The notes below the pieces were generated by a model. The model was not told where the DNA came from. It worked only from the letters and a program-made list of their open reading frames with translations, and did not search any database. Shown in pieces: positions 17,881-26,540 of a stretch of DNA of 64,000 bases. The stretch's first letter is position 1. Each line of letters opens with the position of its first letter. Position numbers and translations under genes: made by a program. The stretch is from a virus, in IMG/VR virus record IMGVR_UViG_3300029720_000418, positions 3,344 through 67,343 of that record. The stretch is one strand, 5' to 3'.

Positions 17881-18135
17881 ATGCGAGATTATGAATATTT
17901 AATTTCCATAGCATTGCGAGATAAACTGAAAGAATCAATTAAAGGAAGAGTATTCTGTAAGGTTGAATACGATTATTTATACATATCTATTCAGACAAGA
18001 GAATTAGATAGGTTTGAATATAAGGTATACGATTTTGCGGACAAACTCATAACCGGAAGATTGATTGTAGATGAGATTGCAGCAACTGTGGTAGCTAATT
18101 ATAAGAAATATATATTGGCATATTTCACATATTAG
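17881..18135 (+). CDS. hypothetical protein (84 aa)
   Basis: RBS AAAGGAGTG. Promoter copy 17835-17862 overlaps the helicase stop codon. Confidence 0.5.
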   Translation: MRDYEYLISIALRDKLKESIKGRVFCKVEYDYLYISIQTRELDRFEYKVYDFADKLITGRLIVDEIAATVVANYKKYILAYFTY

Positions 18136-18140
18136 TGGAT

Positions 18141-18176
18141 GAAGACTCGGTGAAAACATCGGGTCTTTTGTTTTTT
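18141..18176 (+). terminator. rho-independent terminator
   Basis: AAGACTCGG...CGGGTCTT followed by TTGTTTTTT. Confidence 0.5.
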
Positions 18177-18195
18177 AGGAGGTATAAATATTTAT

Positions 18196-18441
18196 ATGAC
18201 AATTGAAAGATGGCAACAGGAATTCGCAGATCGTTTACGCGATAAGATGAATGAACGTGGATGGAGCATTCACAAAACAGCAAAGGAATCCGGTTTAAGT
18301 ATCATGACAATATCTAAGTATATAAATGCGCTGGTAGTTCCGAGATGTACGGAATTGATGAAACTTGCTAATGCTTTCAGTGTAAATCCTTCATATTTCA
18401 TAGATTTTGGCGAGTCAGTTGAGTTTTTGATAGGGAGGTGA
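18196..18441 (+). CDS. XRE-family HTH transcriptional regulator
   Basis: HTH SIHKTAKESGLSIMTISKYING, typical of the Cro/CI-type fold. RBS TAGGAGGT. Confidence 0.65.
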   Translation: MTIERWQQEFADRLRDKMNERGWSIHKTAKESGLSIMTISKYINALVVPRCTELMKLANAFSVNPSYFIDFGESVEFLIGR

Positions 18442-18446
18442 TTAAG

Positions 18447-18599
18447 ATGGAGTATGGATATAAAGAAGTTGAGTTCTGGAAATATTGTGAGAAATGTAAG
18501 CACTATGAAGTGGAAGATGTAAAGGATCCATGTAATGATTGCTTAGATGAGCCAGTGAATTTGCATTCAACAAAGCCAGTGTATTTTGAGGAGAAGTAA
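18447..18599 (+). CDS. zinc-ribbon mini-protein (50 aa, CxxC...CxxC)
   Basis: Below the ORF-track cut-off. RBS GGGAGGTG with an ATG at spacing 6. Sequence contains CEKCKHY and CNDC. Confidence 0.35.
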   Translation: MEYGYKEVEFWKYCEKCKHYEVEDVKDPCNDCLDEPVNLHSTKPVYFEEK

Positions 18600-18601
18600 A
18601 T

Positions 18602-18808
18602 ATGGTATGTAAATGTGGTGGTAAACTGATGTCTTGCGATCAGGTACATACGCCAGGGAATAAAATAATTCGGAAACGAAAATGCAAGGAATGTGGAAAA
18701 TTTTCATATTCAGTCGAATTAATTGTTGATTACAATGAAAAGGTAAAACGAGTGTGGAATATGAATCACAGAAAAGCAAAACCAAAAGAGGAGGTAGAAA
18801 AAATATGA
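18602..18808 (+). CDS. zinc-finger small basic protein
   Basis: CKCGG....CKECG pairs. RBS GAGGAG. Confidence 0.45.
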   Translation: MVCKCGGKLMSCDQVHTPGNKIIRKRKCKECGKFSYSVELIVDYNEKVKRVWNMNHRKAKPKEEVEKI

Positions 18809-19155
18809 TACATATATTGGTATTGACAAAAGATCCATGCGAAAAAGCCGTATTTGCTAAACGGGTGCAGTCGGCACTTAATACCTTATGCAGCGTGAAG
18901 CCTGGATTAACCACGAATATTTATGTGAAAGATATAAATATTCAGGTTACGAGTGTCGTTCATAAGACTGGAGATGCTATTGGAGATATTCATTTACAAC
19001 CGGATTATTATATCGATGATTCTGGTGTAAGTCTAAGTGATATTTTAAGTGATTTATGCAGAGGGGCAGAACGATTAAAAAGTGTTGTAGATGTAGTATC
19101 AATTGTAAAAAATCGAGATCATTATGCTAAGCATGAAGCATATAACAGAATTTAA
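18805..19155 (+). CDS. hypothetical protein (116 aa)
   Basis: ATG 7 nt after AGAGGAGGTAG. Its start overlaps the previous stop (ATGA). Confidence 0.5.
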   Translation: MIHILVLTKDPCEKAVFAKRVQSALNTLCSVKPGLTTNIYVKDINIQVTSVVHKTGDAIGDIHLQPDYYIDDSGVSLSDILSDLCRGAERLKSVVDVVSIVKNRDHYAKHEAYNRI

Positions 19156-19169
19156 AAGGGGTGATATTT

Positions 19170-19376
19170 ATGGCGATGGCATTTGTAATCATAGTTATGT
19201 CTGTTTGGATCGGCATTGGTTATTGGCTTGCATACCATGAGGCTCCAGACGGAACTTATATATTGAATAGTAATTATATTTATATAGTTACATTATGGCC
19301 GGTGTATTTGATATTCGCCGGCTTTTATTGGTTGATTTGTGTCGTATGTTGGAAGATCGAGGATTTGAGGAGGTGA
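19170..19376 (+). CDS. small membrane protein (two TM)
   Basis: ATG after GGGGTGA. Hydrophobic. Confidence 0.45.
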   Translation: MAMAFVIIVMSVWIGIGYWLAYHEAPDGTYILNSNYIYIVTLWPVYLIFAGFYWLICVVCWKIEDLRR

Positions 19377-19466
19377 TTAAGATGGAGTTTGACGGAGATT
19401 GGAAATTTCTCAAAAACGACTGCTTCAATCAAAGACTATCACCCATTCGAAAGGAGGGCTAAAAGC

Positions 19467-19697
19467 ATGGATGACAATGAAAATGACGCACTACAAATAG
19501 AAATGAATCAAAGGTTAAGCGTGCTCCAGAACCAGCTTGATTATTTGGTTGGTAACATCAATCGGTTTCCAACGACTCTACAGTTAGAAATACTTGGTTT
19601 TTTGACTTCACTCATGAACACAATGGTATCGACTACAGATGAAGTAGCAGCGTTGTATACAAAAGCAGTAATTGCGTTGGGTGATTTCGAAAAGTAA
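19467..19697 (+). CDS. hypothetical protein (76 aa)
   Basis: ATG after GAAAGGAGGG. The track start 19389 has no RBS. Confidence 0.4.
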   Translation: MDDNENDALQIEMNQRLSVLQNQLDYLVGNINRFPTTLQLEILGFLTSLMNTMVSTTDEVAALYTKAVIALGDFEK

Positions 19698-19722
19698 TTT
19701 ATATTTTATGGAGGGAATAATT

Positions 19723-20616
19723 ATGGCAGAAAAATTTACAGAATTATTTAAAATGTTTTGTGCAGATGTGAAAGATGAAGTGGCTAAGTTATGTGGCTTC
19801 GATGTGGAAGTACGTGACGTTACAAAAAATAACGGTGTGAAGAGAAAGGGATTATACTTTGGAGAGGGGAGATATTCCCCAATTATATATTTAGAGCCTT
19901 ATTTTGACATTAAATTTATCAAAAATAAGGAGGCAATCAATGACATTGCAAACCAGATATACGAGATATATAAGGAAAATAAGGCTGAGACTAAAAAATA
20001 CGATGTTGAAAACGCAGTTGAACATTGGAAAGATGCAATTTACCTCGAAGTTATAAATTATGAGGCAAATAAAGATGTACTGGAATTATGTCCGCATATT
20101 CGTTTTTTAGATTTGGCAATTGTGTTTAGATTGTTATTATATATAGACGAATCTGGTAGAGCATCGGTGCTATTTGATGATATTCCTGATAATAGCAATC
20201 TGGACGAAATGTATAACATTGCTAAAGAAAATACTATTAAGTTCTTTGGTGTGGTTAACAGAAATATCTATGATTTATTATTAAGTATGAATGAAGATAT
20301 TGGGGAATTAATATCTATTGATCGTTCAATGTACGTACTCACAAACAAGACTTTTACTGGAGGAGCAAATTTGATTGTTATCCCTGAGGTATTAAAGGGA
20401 CTTTGTGAGGAATTAGAAATCAATAGTTGCTATATAGTTCCATCTTCAACTAATGAAGTAATTATTATATATGGAAGCGATGCTGATTCTATGACCGAAT
20501 CAATACAGAGCACTATTAAACATATAAATGATAATGAGGTTCCGGACACAAAGGTATTGTCGTATAACTTATATCAGTTCAGCATGGAAACCGGATTGGT
20601 GTCGATCGTGAAGTAA
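19723..20616 (+). CDS. hypothetical protein (297 aa)
   Basis: ATG after GGAGGGAAT. Confidence 0.55.
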   Translation: MAEKFTELFKMFCADVKDEVAKLCGFDVEVRDVTKNNGVKRKGLYFGEGRYSPIIYLEPYFDIKFIKNKEAINDIANQIYEIYKENKAETKKYDVENAVEHWKDAIYLEVINYEANKDVLELCPHIRFLDLAIVFRLLLYIDESGRASVLFDDIPDNSNLDEMYNIAKENTIKFFGVVNRNIYDLLLSMNEDIGELISIDRSMYVLTNKTFTGGANLIVIPEVLKGLCEELEINSCYIVPSSTNEVIIIYGSDADSMTESIQSTIKHINDNEVPDTKVLSYNLYQFSMETGLVSIVK

Positions 20617-20635
20617 ATATATTTTGAAGACTCGG

Positions 20636-20674
20636 TATGGCAGGTATCGGGTCTTTTCTTTTTGAAAGGAGATA
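20636..20674 (+). terminator. rho-independent terminator
   Basis: GAAGACTCGG...CGGGTCTTTTCTTTTT. Confidence 0.5.
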
Positions 20675-20679
20675 ATGAA

Positions 20680-20979
20680 ATGGCAGATAGAAATAATATT
20701 GATGAGTTTGTTAAATTATTTGAGGAGAGGTTGTATGAGAAGCTTCCATTTTCAATATTTCAACATGAGAAGGATGATGAACAGGAATATGTGACGCTTA
20801 AAGTGACTTCGACATATAAGGGCACAATGTACAGATACCGTCATATCATGGATTATGTCGAAATTAATAATTTTTATGATATTATGCATGGTTTGGAGAA
20901 TCTTGCTGATTATGTTGTGGAGCTTTTATATCGTGAATTTTTAGACAAATTTGAAGAGATTCAAAGTACGGAGGAATAG
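20680..20979 (+). CDS. hypothetical acidic protein (99 aa)
   Basis: ATG after AAAGGAGATAATG. A terminator lies upstream at 20636-20674. Confidence 0.5.
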   Translation: MADRNNIDEFVKLFEERLYEKLPFSIFQHEKDDEQEYVTLKVTSTYKGTMYRYRHIMDYVEINNFYDIMHGLENLADYVVELLYREFLDKFEEIQSTEE

Positions 20980-20992
20980 GCCATGAATTTTT

Positions 20993-21199
20993 ATGAATTT
21001 TTATGAATTCAATAGAAAGTTAACTAAGACATTTGGCGATTTCTATATTTTAGCAAAGGATAAAAAGCCTTGCGCTGTTTGCGGAAATCTTACGAATAGA
21101 GTTGATATTCATTATGAGCAGCGGGTTTGTAGCAATCGGTGCAGAAGCATTTTGGATACCGGATTGGCAAAGCAGGAAAGCGAAGGAGAGGTTATATGA
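20993..21199 (+). CDS. small Cys-containing protein (CAVCG...CSNRC)
   Basis: The start lies in a triplicated ATGAATTTTT(A) stretch at 20983-21005. RBS ACGGAGGAA. Confidence 0.45.
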   Translation: MNFYEFNRKLTKTFGDFYILAKDKKPCAVCGNLTNRVDIHYEQRVCSNRCRSILDTGLAKQESEGEVI

Positions 21200-21357
21200 G
21201 TAATGATATTTTCAGCATGTATACGAAAGATCAAAACAAAAAGACAGGACGTAAAGGTTATGGGCAGTGGAAGCATGAAAAAGAAACATTCATCCGTCCT
21301 GCCGATTACGGAAATTATATTTTTGAGAAAAAGAGAGGTAAAAAGAGATGTGGTTAA
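21196..21357 (+). CDS. small basic protein (53 aa)
   Basis: ATG after AGGAGAGG. An overlapping frame, 21203-21403, is judged spurious. Confidence 0.35.
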   Translation: MSNDIFSMYTKDQNKKTGRKGYGQWKHEKETFIRPADYGNYIFEKKRGKKRCG

Positions 21358-21519
21358 TTGGGTTTGTTGTGGTGCTTATTATATGGCTTGGTTTCTACAT
21401 TGAAGAATCTATCATGCATTATTTAACTGGTGTAAGCATCTTAGATCAGATTAAAAAATGGCTAAGAATACAAAGCCCTAGTGGGTGTATGAGTAGTGAT
21501 TGTAAGGAGGTAAAAAGAG

Positions 21520-21780
21520 ATGATTAAATTAAGAGATTTATTACAACAGTGTAGTTGCGATGTTTATATTTTTGGAAATGGTAACTGTCCATGCCCAGAA
21601 ATAAAACTTCCAAAACCGCTTGTGAAGGCGGAAAAATATTTGAATGCTGATATTTTGAATCAGGGTGTGCGGAATATATCCATATGTGATGGACATTTGC
21701 AGGTTTGGCTGGAAGATAAATCTATTCAAGACGTTGTTGATTCTAAGTTAAAAGAAATGGAGGATGAAAGTAATGAGTAA
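21520..21780 (+). CDS. hypothetical Cys-rich protein, paralog of 23488-23685
   Basis: Both proteins start MIKLxDLL and share a ...VWLE C-terminal motif. RBS AAGGAGG. Confidence 0.5.
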   Translation: MIKLRDLLQQCSCDVYIFGNGNCPCPEIKLPKPLVKAEKYLNADILNQGVRNISICDGHLQVWLEDKSIQDVVDSKLKEMEDESNE

Positions 21781-22510
21781 TATGTTAGATTGGGCTAAAA
21801 AGGAAGTTGAAATTGCATGTAAGAAAGAAAATCCAAACAGAAAAGATGGAGAGTTTGATTATGGATGTGCCTGTTACGAGAGCGCATTAAAAGCTTTTCA
21901 AAGCTTATGCGAAGATGATCATTCTGGTTTCAGTATTAGAATGACTCAGGCGATATTGAATCGGCTCATAAATGGTAAACCATTAACACCGATTGAGGAT
22001 ACCGACGAGGTATGGAGTGATATTTCTGATATGAGTGGTCTGAAGGGAGAAGAGCGTAACTATCAGTGCAAACGCATGTTTTCCTTATTTAAGTATGTAT
22101 ATGCTGACGGAACTGTCAAGTACAAGGATAATAACCATTCATACTGTGTCAGCATTCATAACTGCAATGATACATATTCTTTTGTAATGGTTGAAAGAAT
22201 TATTGACGAGATGTTTCCTATAACAATGCCGTATATGCCAGGAAAACCAATCGAAGTTTATTGCGAAGATTTCTTAACAGATAAAAAGAACGGCGATTTT
22301 GATACTGTCGGAGTGTTCTATGCGCTGAAAACAGAGGATGGTAAACAGGAGAAGATTGAGATTAACAGATTCTTCAGAGAACCAGAAGGCGATGAAGAGG
22401 GTAACTGGACTGAGATATCTAAGGAAGAATATTACGAGAGGAAGGAGAGACAGATAACTGCTGCTGATATTTCAAGAGAGATTAAAGAAGCAATGGAGGA
22501 TGAGAAGTAA
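21773..22510 (+). CDS. hypothetical protein (~245 aa)
   Basis: ATG 8 nt after GGAGGA. The alternative start 21764 is in the same frame. Confidence 0.55.
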   Translation: MSNMLDWAKKEVEIACKKENPNRKDGEFDYGCACYESALKAFQSLCEDDHSGFSIRMTQAILNRLINGKPLTPIEDTDEVWSDISDMSGLKGEERNYQCKRMFSLFKYVYADGTVKYKDNNHSYCVSIHNCNDTYSFVMVERIIDEMFPITMPYMPGKPIEVYCEDFLTDKKNGDFDTVGVFYALKTEDGKQEKIEINRFFREPEGDEEGNWTEISKEEYYERKERQITAADISREIKEAMEDEK

Positions 22511-22603
22511 ATGTAATTGAAGCTATATAGAGTCATAACTCGAGTTCATTTTAATGAGTGGATTCGAGTTATTTTTATGCATAGTCAAGAAAGGAGATAA
22601 ACC

Positions 22604-23446
22604 ATGAAAAAATATGAATTAACAAATGAAACAATCGAATATAAAGGAAAAAAATTATATAGAATTAAGGCTCTAATTGATTTTGGAAATGTAGAAAAAG
22701 GAGCTCGTGGTGGGTTCGTTGAAAAAGAGGAAAATCTTAGTATGTCTGGTAATGCTTGGGTATGTGATAATGCTCGGGTATGTGATAATGCTCGGGTATG
22801 TGGAGATGCTAATGTGTGTGGTGATGCTTTTGTGTCTGATAATGCTCAGGTGTCTGGTGATGCTTTTGTGTGTGGTAATGCTTGGGTATGTGATAATGCT
22901 CGGGTATGTGGAGATGCTAATGTGTGTGGTAATGCTTGGGTATGTGATAATGCTCAGGTGTCTGGTGATGCTCGGGTGTCTGGTAATGCTCAGGTGTCTG
23001 GTGATGCTCGGGTATGTGATAATGCTCGGGTATGTGATAATGCTCGGGTATGTGGAGATGCTAATGTGTGTGGTGATGCTTTTGTGTCTGATAATGCTCA
23101 GGTGTCTGGTGATGCTTTTGTGTGTGGTAATGCTTGGGTATGTGGTGGTGCTAATGTGTGTGGAGATGCTAATGTGTGTGGTGATGCTAATGTGTGTGGT
23201 GATGCTCAGGTGGATAAGAGCATCAATTATGCCGTGATCAAAGGTTTCGGCACTTGTTATAGATCTACGACATTTTTCAGATGTCAAGACAAAACAGTAA
23301 AAGTATCCTGCGGATGTTTTTTAGGAACCATCGACGAATTCAGAAATCAAGTAAAAAACACGCGTGGAGGAAAAATTGCAAAAGAATATTTAATGATTGC
23401 TGATCTAATGGAAATACATTTTTCGGAGGATGGATACGATGGTTAA
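22604..23446 (+). CDS. Cys-rich hexapeptide-repeat (left-handed beta-helix-like) protein with a globular C-terminal domain
   Basis: About 27 consecutive hexads of [GDN][DN]A[RWFNQ]V[CS], encoded by 18-bp tandem DNA repeats at 22744-23215. RBS AAAGGAG. Confidence 0.6.
   Translation: MKKYELTNETIEYKGKKLYRIKALIDFGNVEKGARGGFVEKEENLSMSGNAWVCDNARVCDNARVCGDANVCGDAFVSDNAQVSGDAFVCGNAWVCDNARVCGDANVCGNAWVCDNAQVSGDARVSGNAQVSGDARVCDNARVCDNARVCGDANVCGDAFVSDNAQVSGDAFVCGNAWVCGGANVCGDANVCGDANVCGDAQVDKSINYAVIKGFGTCYRSTTFFRCQDKTVKVSCGCFLGTIDEFRNQVKNTRGGKIAKEYLMIADLMEIHFSEDGYDG
22744..23215 (+). repeat. 18-bp tandem repeat array (~27 units) encoding the hexapeptide repeats
   Basis: The unit GG(T/A)(G/A)ATGCTNNNGT(G/A)T(G/C)T recurs. 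A ~140-bp higher-order block (22743-22890) is duplicated at ~23020-23150. Confidence 0.7.
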
Positions 23447-23487
23447 AAAATTTTAAGATGCATCACAGTAGAAAGGAGATGAGAAGA

Positions 23488-23685
23488 ATGATTAAATTAG
23501 AAGATTTACTTGCTGTTGCAAAAAACAATATAGCAATAATGAATGGTAGCTTTCAATCGATTGTGGTTAATGTTTGTCATCTCGAAGACTTGCCGTTACC
23601 TGATAGTCTATTAAAACGTAACATAAAAGAAATGGAAGCAAAAGATGATATTATTTTAGTTTGGTTGGAAGGGTATGGTGATTAG
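23488..23685 (+). CDS. hypothetical protein, paralog of 21520-21780
   Basis: ATG after AGAAAGGAG. Starts MIKLEDLL and contains ...VWLE. Confidence 0.5.
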   Translation: MIKLEDLLAVAKNNIAIMNGSFQSIVVNVCHLEDLPLPDSLLKRNIKEMEAKDDIILVWLEGYGD

Positions 23686-23687
23686 AA

Positions 23688-23963
23688 ATGATTAAATTGG
23701 AAAACGTGGTTCTGGCGAGTCCGGAGCAGATGGATTTTATTATTGAAGGTATGCGGAATCCTATGAATTCGTGGGATAGGAGTGATAGTTATATTGATGC
23801 GCCCAATAAAAATTGTAATGGTCAATCTGGAGATTCTTTCCATGTGTTAGGAGACAACGATCACGACTTGATGCAGCGCTTGGCAGATGCTGGATCGGTT
23901 CATAGAAAGTATATGCGGATGATGCCGGTATATGTGAGAATCACAGCACCTTTATATTGGTAG
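23688..23963 (+). CDS. ThyX-like (flavin-dependent thymidylate synthase family) N-terminal fragment
   Basis: Follows the ThyX N-terminal pattern up to ...VRITAPLYW (compare VKAPIFVARQW). It then hits a stop. The RHR/SxRY core is not present in this ORF. Confidence 0.45.
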   Translation: MIKLENVVLASPEQMDFIIEGMRNPMNSWDRSDSYIDAPNKNCNGQSGDSFHVLGDNDHDLMQRLADAGSVHRKYMRMMPVYVRITAPLYW

Positions 23964-24066
23964 TTCTTTCTGCCAATGAAACACTTTTCCTAGTTATCGC
24001 TAGGGGTCACATTTTGTGGCTAACGGGGAACCACCCATTGGAATCCCGTGGGAAACATTTCAAATA

Positions 24067-24094
24067 TTCGCGAAATTTACAAGGTGTATTATGA
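24067..24094 (+). promoter_or_regulatory. conserved promoter-like motif copy inside the ThyX interruption
   Basis: TTCGCGAAATTTACAAGGTGTATTATGA. Confidence 0.5.
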
Positions 24095-24284
24095 GAGAAT
24101 AGACACTCGAAAGGGCAGTGAAGTTTGAGGATCCAAGCATCATTGGAAACTAATCGGGAAGGAGATAATAGTGAAAACTATGCACGAGGCTAGATCGAAA
24201 GATGAACTATATTGAAAGATATACCATGAGCCTGAGGGAAATATCGGCGTCCTTCGAGTGGAATTGATGTATTCTCTTTTCTTT

Positions 24285-24312
24285 TTCGCGAAAATTACAT
24301 CTCCTATTATGA
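24285..24312 (+). promoter_or_regulatory. conserved promoter-like motif copy inside the ThyX interruption
   Basis: TTCGCGAAAATTACATCTCCTATTATGA. Confidence 0.5.
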
Positions 24313-24326
24313 AAGGAGTGATATTT

Positions 24327-24515
24327 ATGGCAAAAGAATATATTGTTAAAGCGACTAAGTACGGAAGAGACTGGAAAAAAATAGGAGAGGGTATTGATTT
24401 TCTAGAAGATAATAAAAAATATCGACTAGAATTTCATGCTACTGGATTAATCCAGGCTATCCGAGTAAAAATAGCGTTTAAACAAAATAAACGGTTTAAA
24501 TATTACACTTATTGA
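24327..24515 (+). CDS. small protein (62 aa) within the ThyX interruption
   Basis: Has its own promoter copy (24285-24312), RBS AAAGGAGTG and a downstream terminator at ~24520-24560. Confidence 0.4.
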   Translation: MAKEYIVKATKYGRDWKKIGEGIDFLEDNKKYRLEFHATGLIQAIRVKIAFKQNKRFKYYTY

Positions 24516-24756
24516 AAGAGGGACTCAGCAATAACGCTGGGTCTTTTCTCTTTTATATTTTGCGACGAATATCAAAATGAACCTGTAGAGGCTATCCCCT
24601 ATGCCTTCTGGGCGGGGGAGTAGGGCTACTATTGATACGTAGCTGGGTTTTAGGAAACGAAGCCCATGAAAACCGAAATGGTGTCCTATTGTTTATATTA
24701 TTGTGTGTGAAAAATTATGGTGGATTTATATTTTATAGAAAGAGAGGTGATATAGA

Positions 24757-25197
24757 ATGACAGAAAATTATTTAAGTCATCATGGAGTAAAAGGACAGAA
24801 GTGGGGTGTTAGAAAAGAAATATATAATTCGTCAAGTAGATCTCGCAAAAGAGAGATAAGAAAGGAATACTATAAGACCCCAGAAGGACAAATTAAAAAG
24901 GCAACTACTAAAGCTACAATGTTAGGTGGCCCATTGGCTGGTATTATTGCCGGACAAATAACTTTAAGAAAAGTTAGAAGAAAAATAGACGCTACAAAAA
25001 ATAATAAATTGTCATCTGTCGATAAAGACACTATAGAAAAAGGAAAGAAAAAAGTAGAAGCTCTTCCAAATAACCGCAAGATAGAAACAGATGAGCAAAA
25101 GATAAAACGTCTTATGTCAGAAGGGAAAATAAATCCGAAAGCTAATCATATATTTGACCAAAATGGGAATTTGATGATGGTTTACTGGGATGATTAA
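24757..25197 (+). CDS. lysine-rich basic protein, HHGVxGxKWGVR family member 1
   Basis: N-terminal LSHHGVKGQKWGVRK. Paralogs at 35712-36347 and 38137-38676. RBS GAGAGGTGA. Confidence 0.6.
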   Translation: MTENYLSHHGVKGQKWGVRKEIYNSSSRSRKREIRKEYYKTPEGQIKKATTKATMLGGPLAGIIAGQITLRKVRRKIDATKNNKLSSVDKDTIEKGKKKVEALPNNRKIETDEQKIKRLMSEGKINPKANHIFDQNGNLMMVYWDD

Positions 25198-25296
25198 TTA
25201 TGATAAGCACACAAAAACAATAGTAAAAGATAGTCCATTAATGGGAAAGAATTTGATACATATAAGGTAGGTACTGTCGCAAACTCTTGCAGTACG

Positions 25297-25734
25297 ATGC
25301 ACAAGATTGCTGAGAAAGAATTTACGCTGGAAGATTTTAGCTGTGAGCATTTGATTTCAGACTGGATCGGAGATAATAACGATGCTATCTGGTATAAAGA
25401 CCCGCCTAAAAATGGATCGATTGAATGCCCGATAATATTTTCTCCTCTGGATGCTTTAAGAACCACTATTGGAGTATTAAATACGAACCGAGAAGCTTAT
25501 CTTAAAACAAAAGACAAAAAGTTCTGGTGGCAGATGATTCAGCTTCTTCCGAGTAGTTATAACCAGACACGTAATGTCATGATGAATTATGAGGTGCTGG
25601 CAAATATTTATCGGTGGAGAAAAGATCATAAGCTGGACGAATGGCGAGAGTTTTGTAAGTGGATCGAGGGCTTGCCATATGGTGAGCTGATTACTGGATT
25701 ACCTATTGAATCCGATGATGCAGACGAAGATTAA
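25297..25734 (+). CDS. ThyX-like C-terminal fragment
   Basis: LLPSSYNQTRNVMMNYEVLANIYRWRKDHKLDEW aligns with the ThyX segment LPxxxxTxxxxxxNxRxLxNFxxLRxDxHAQxEI. The open frame extends upstream to 25234. Confidence 0.45.
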   Translation: MHKIAEKEFTLEDFSCEHLISDWIGDNNDAIWYKDPPKNGSIECPIIFSPLDALRTTIGVLNTNREAYLKTKDKKFWWQMIQLLPSSYNQTRNVMMNYEVLANIYRWRKDHKLDEWREFCKWIEGLPYGELITGLPIESDDADED

Positions 25735-25745
25735 GGAGGAATATT

Positions 25746-25970
25746 ATGATAGGAGTTAAATTAACTATTGTTCTATTTGTAATAACAGTAGTATCAATAA
25801 TTGTTATTACAGCAGTTGTTAGAGCATTGGATTTTAAAACTAAGTTTTTAATCAGTTTAGGTGAAGGACCAAAATGGCTTGAAAATGTTTTAACATTTCT
25901 AGGGTTCTTGGAGCTTTTAGATTTCATTGGAGTCATATATTCAGTTATATGGCTCTTATTTTTTAGGTAG
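25746..25970 (+). CDS. small membrane protein (2 TM)
   Basis: ATG after GGAGGAATATT. Hydrophobic. Confidence 0.45.
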   Translation: MIGVKLTIVLFVITVVSIIVITAVVRALDFKTKFLISLGEGPKWLENVLTFLGFLELLDFIGVIYSVIWLLFFR

Positions 25971-25981
25971 GAGGAATAATT

Positions 25982-26521
25982 ATGGCAGAATTAAATCCTA
26001 AAACAGATGCGACAAAGAAAGTCATACATTTAATGGTTACACCATTATGTAATAGAAATTGTAGGTATTGTTGTAATAAACAATATGATATAAATGATAT
26101 TTCTTATGTTACCGATGAGGAATTAAGAGAAGCTGAGGTTCTTTGCTTAACGGGCGGGGAACCTTTTTTGTTTACGGATCCATGTTGGATCGCCCGGCAT
26201 TACAAAAGGAGATATTCAAACATAAAAAAAGTATATGTATATACTAATGCCAAAGAATTATATCTTTGGTTAGCGGGTTACAATCTCATACATAATATTG
26301 ACGGCTTGAATGTCTCTATTAAAAACAAAGATGATTTATATTTCTTCAAAGAACTTGTTCACAATTATCAAAATCAAATTTGTGTTGATAATTGCATGAG
26401 TAATCGAGTTTATATTTTTGATAGTTTGATTCCCGATGACCTTGGAATATTTGAACCAATTATTCGGGAATGGCAGGAAGATTTTAAACCAGCGCCTGAT
26501 AGTATATTTAGAAGATTATAA
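25982..26521 (+). CDS. radical SAM enzyme (small, QueE/NrdG-like size class)
   Basis: CxxxCxxC (CNRNCRYC) near the N-terminus. Glycine-rich LTGGEPFL SAM-binding motif. RBS GGAGGAAT. Confidence 0.65.
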   Translation: MAELNPKTDATKKVIHLMVTPLCNRNCRYCCNKQYDINDISYVTDEELREAEVLCLTGGEPFLFTDPCWIARHYKRRYSNIKKVYVYTNAKELYLWLAGYNLIHNIDGLNVSIKNKDDLYFFKELVHNYQNQICVDNCMSNRVYIFDSLIPDDLGIFEPIIREWQEDFKPAPDSIFRRL

Positions 26522-26540
26522 GGAGGAGTAATTATGGCAG

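Noticed and set aside
22673-23287. Minus-strand ORF 22673-23287 and alternate + frame 22707-23237 through the hexapeptide array
   Set aside because: Both are low-complexity translations of the 18-bp tandem repeats (ITTH..., MLGYV...). Only the frame with an RBS and a structured C-terminal domain (22604-23446) is credible.
23964-24760. tRNA or known ribozyme in the structured parts of the ThyX interruption
   Set aside because: No cloverleaf with a T-loop GTTCRANYC or acceptor stem could be found by eye. Group I P7-like elements could not be assigned convincingly. This is left as a hypothesis under findings.
25231-25300. Missing ThyX RHR...SxRY motif searched for in all three + frames across 23964-25300
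   Set aside because: No R-H-R codon triplet followed by S-x-R-Y is encoded anywhere in the gap. An intact thyX mRNA therefore cannot be reconstructed by simple read-through or by a single obvious splice.
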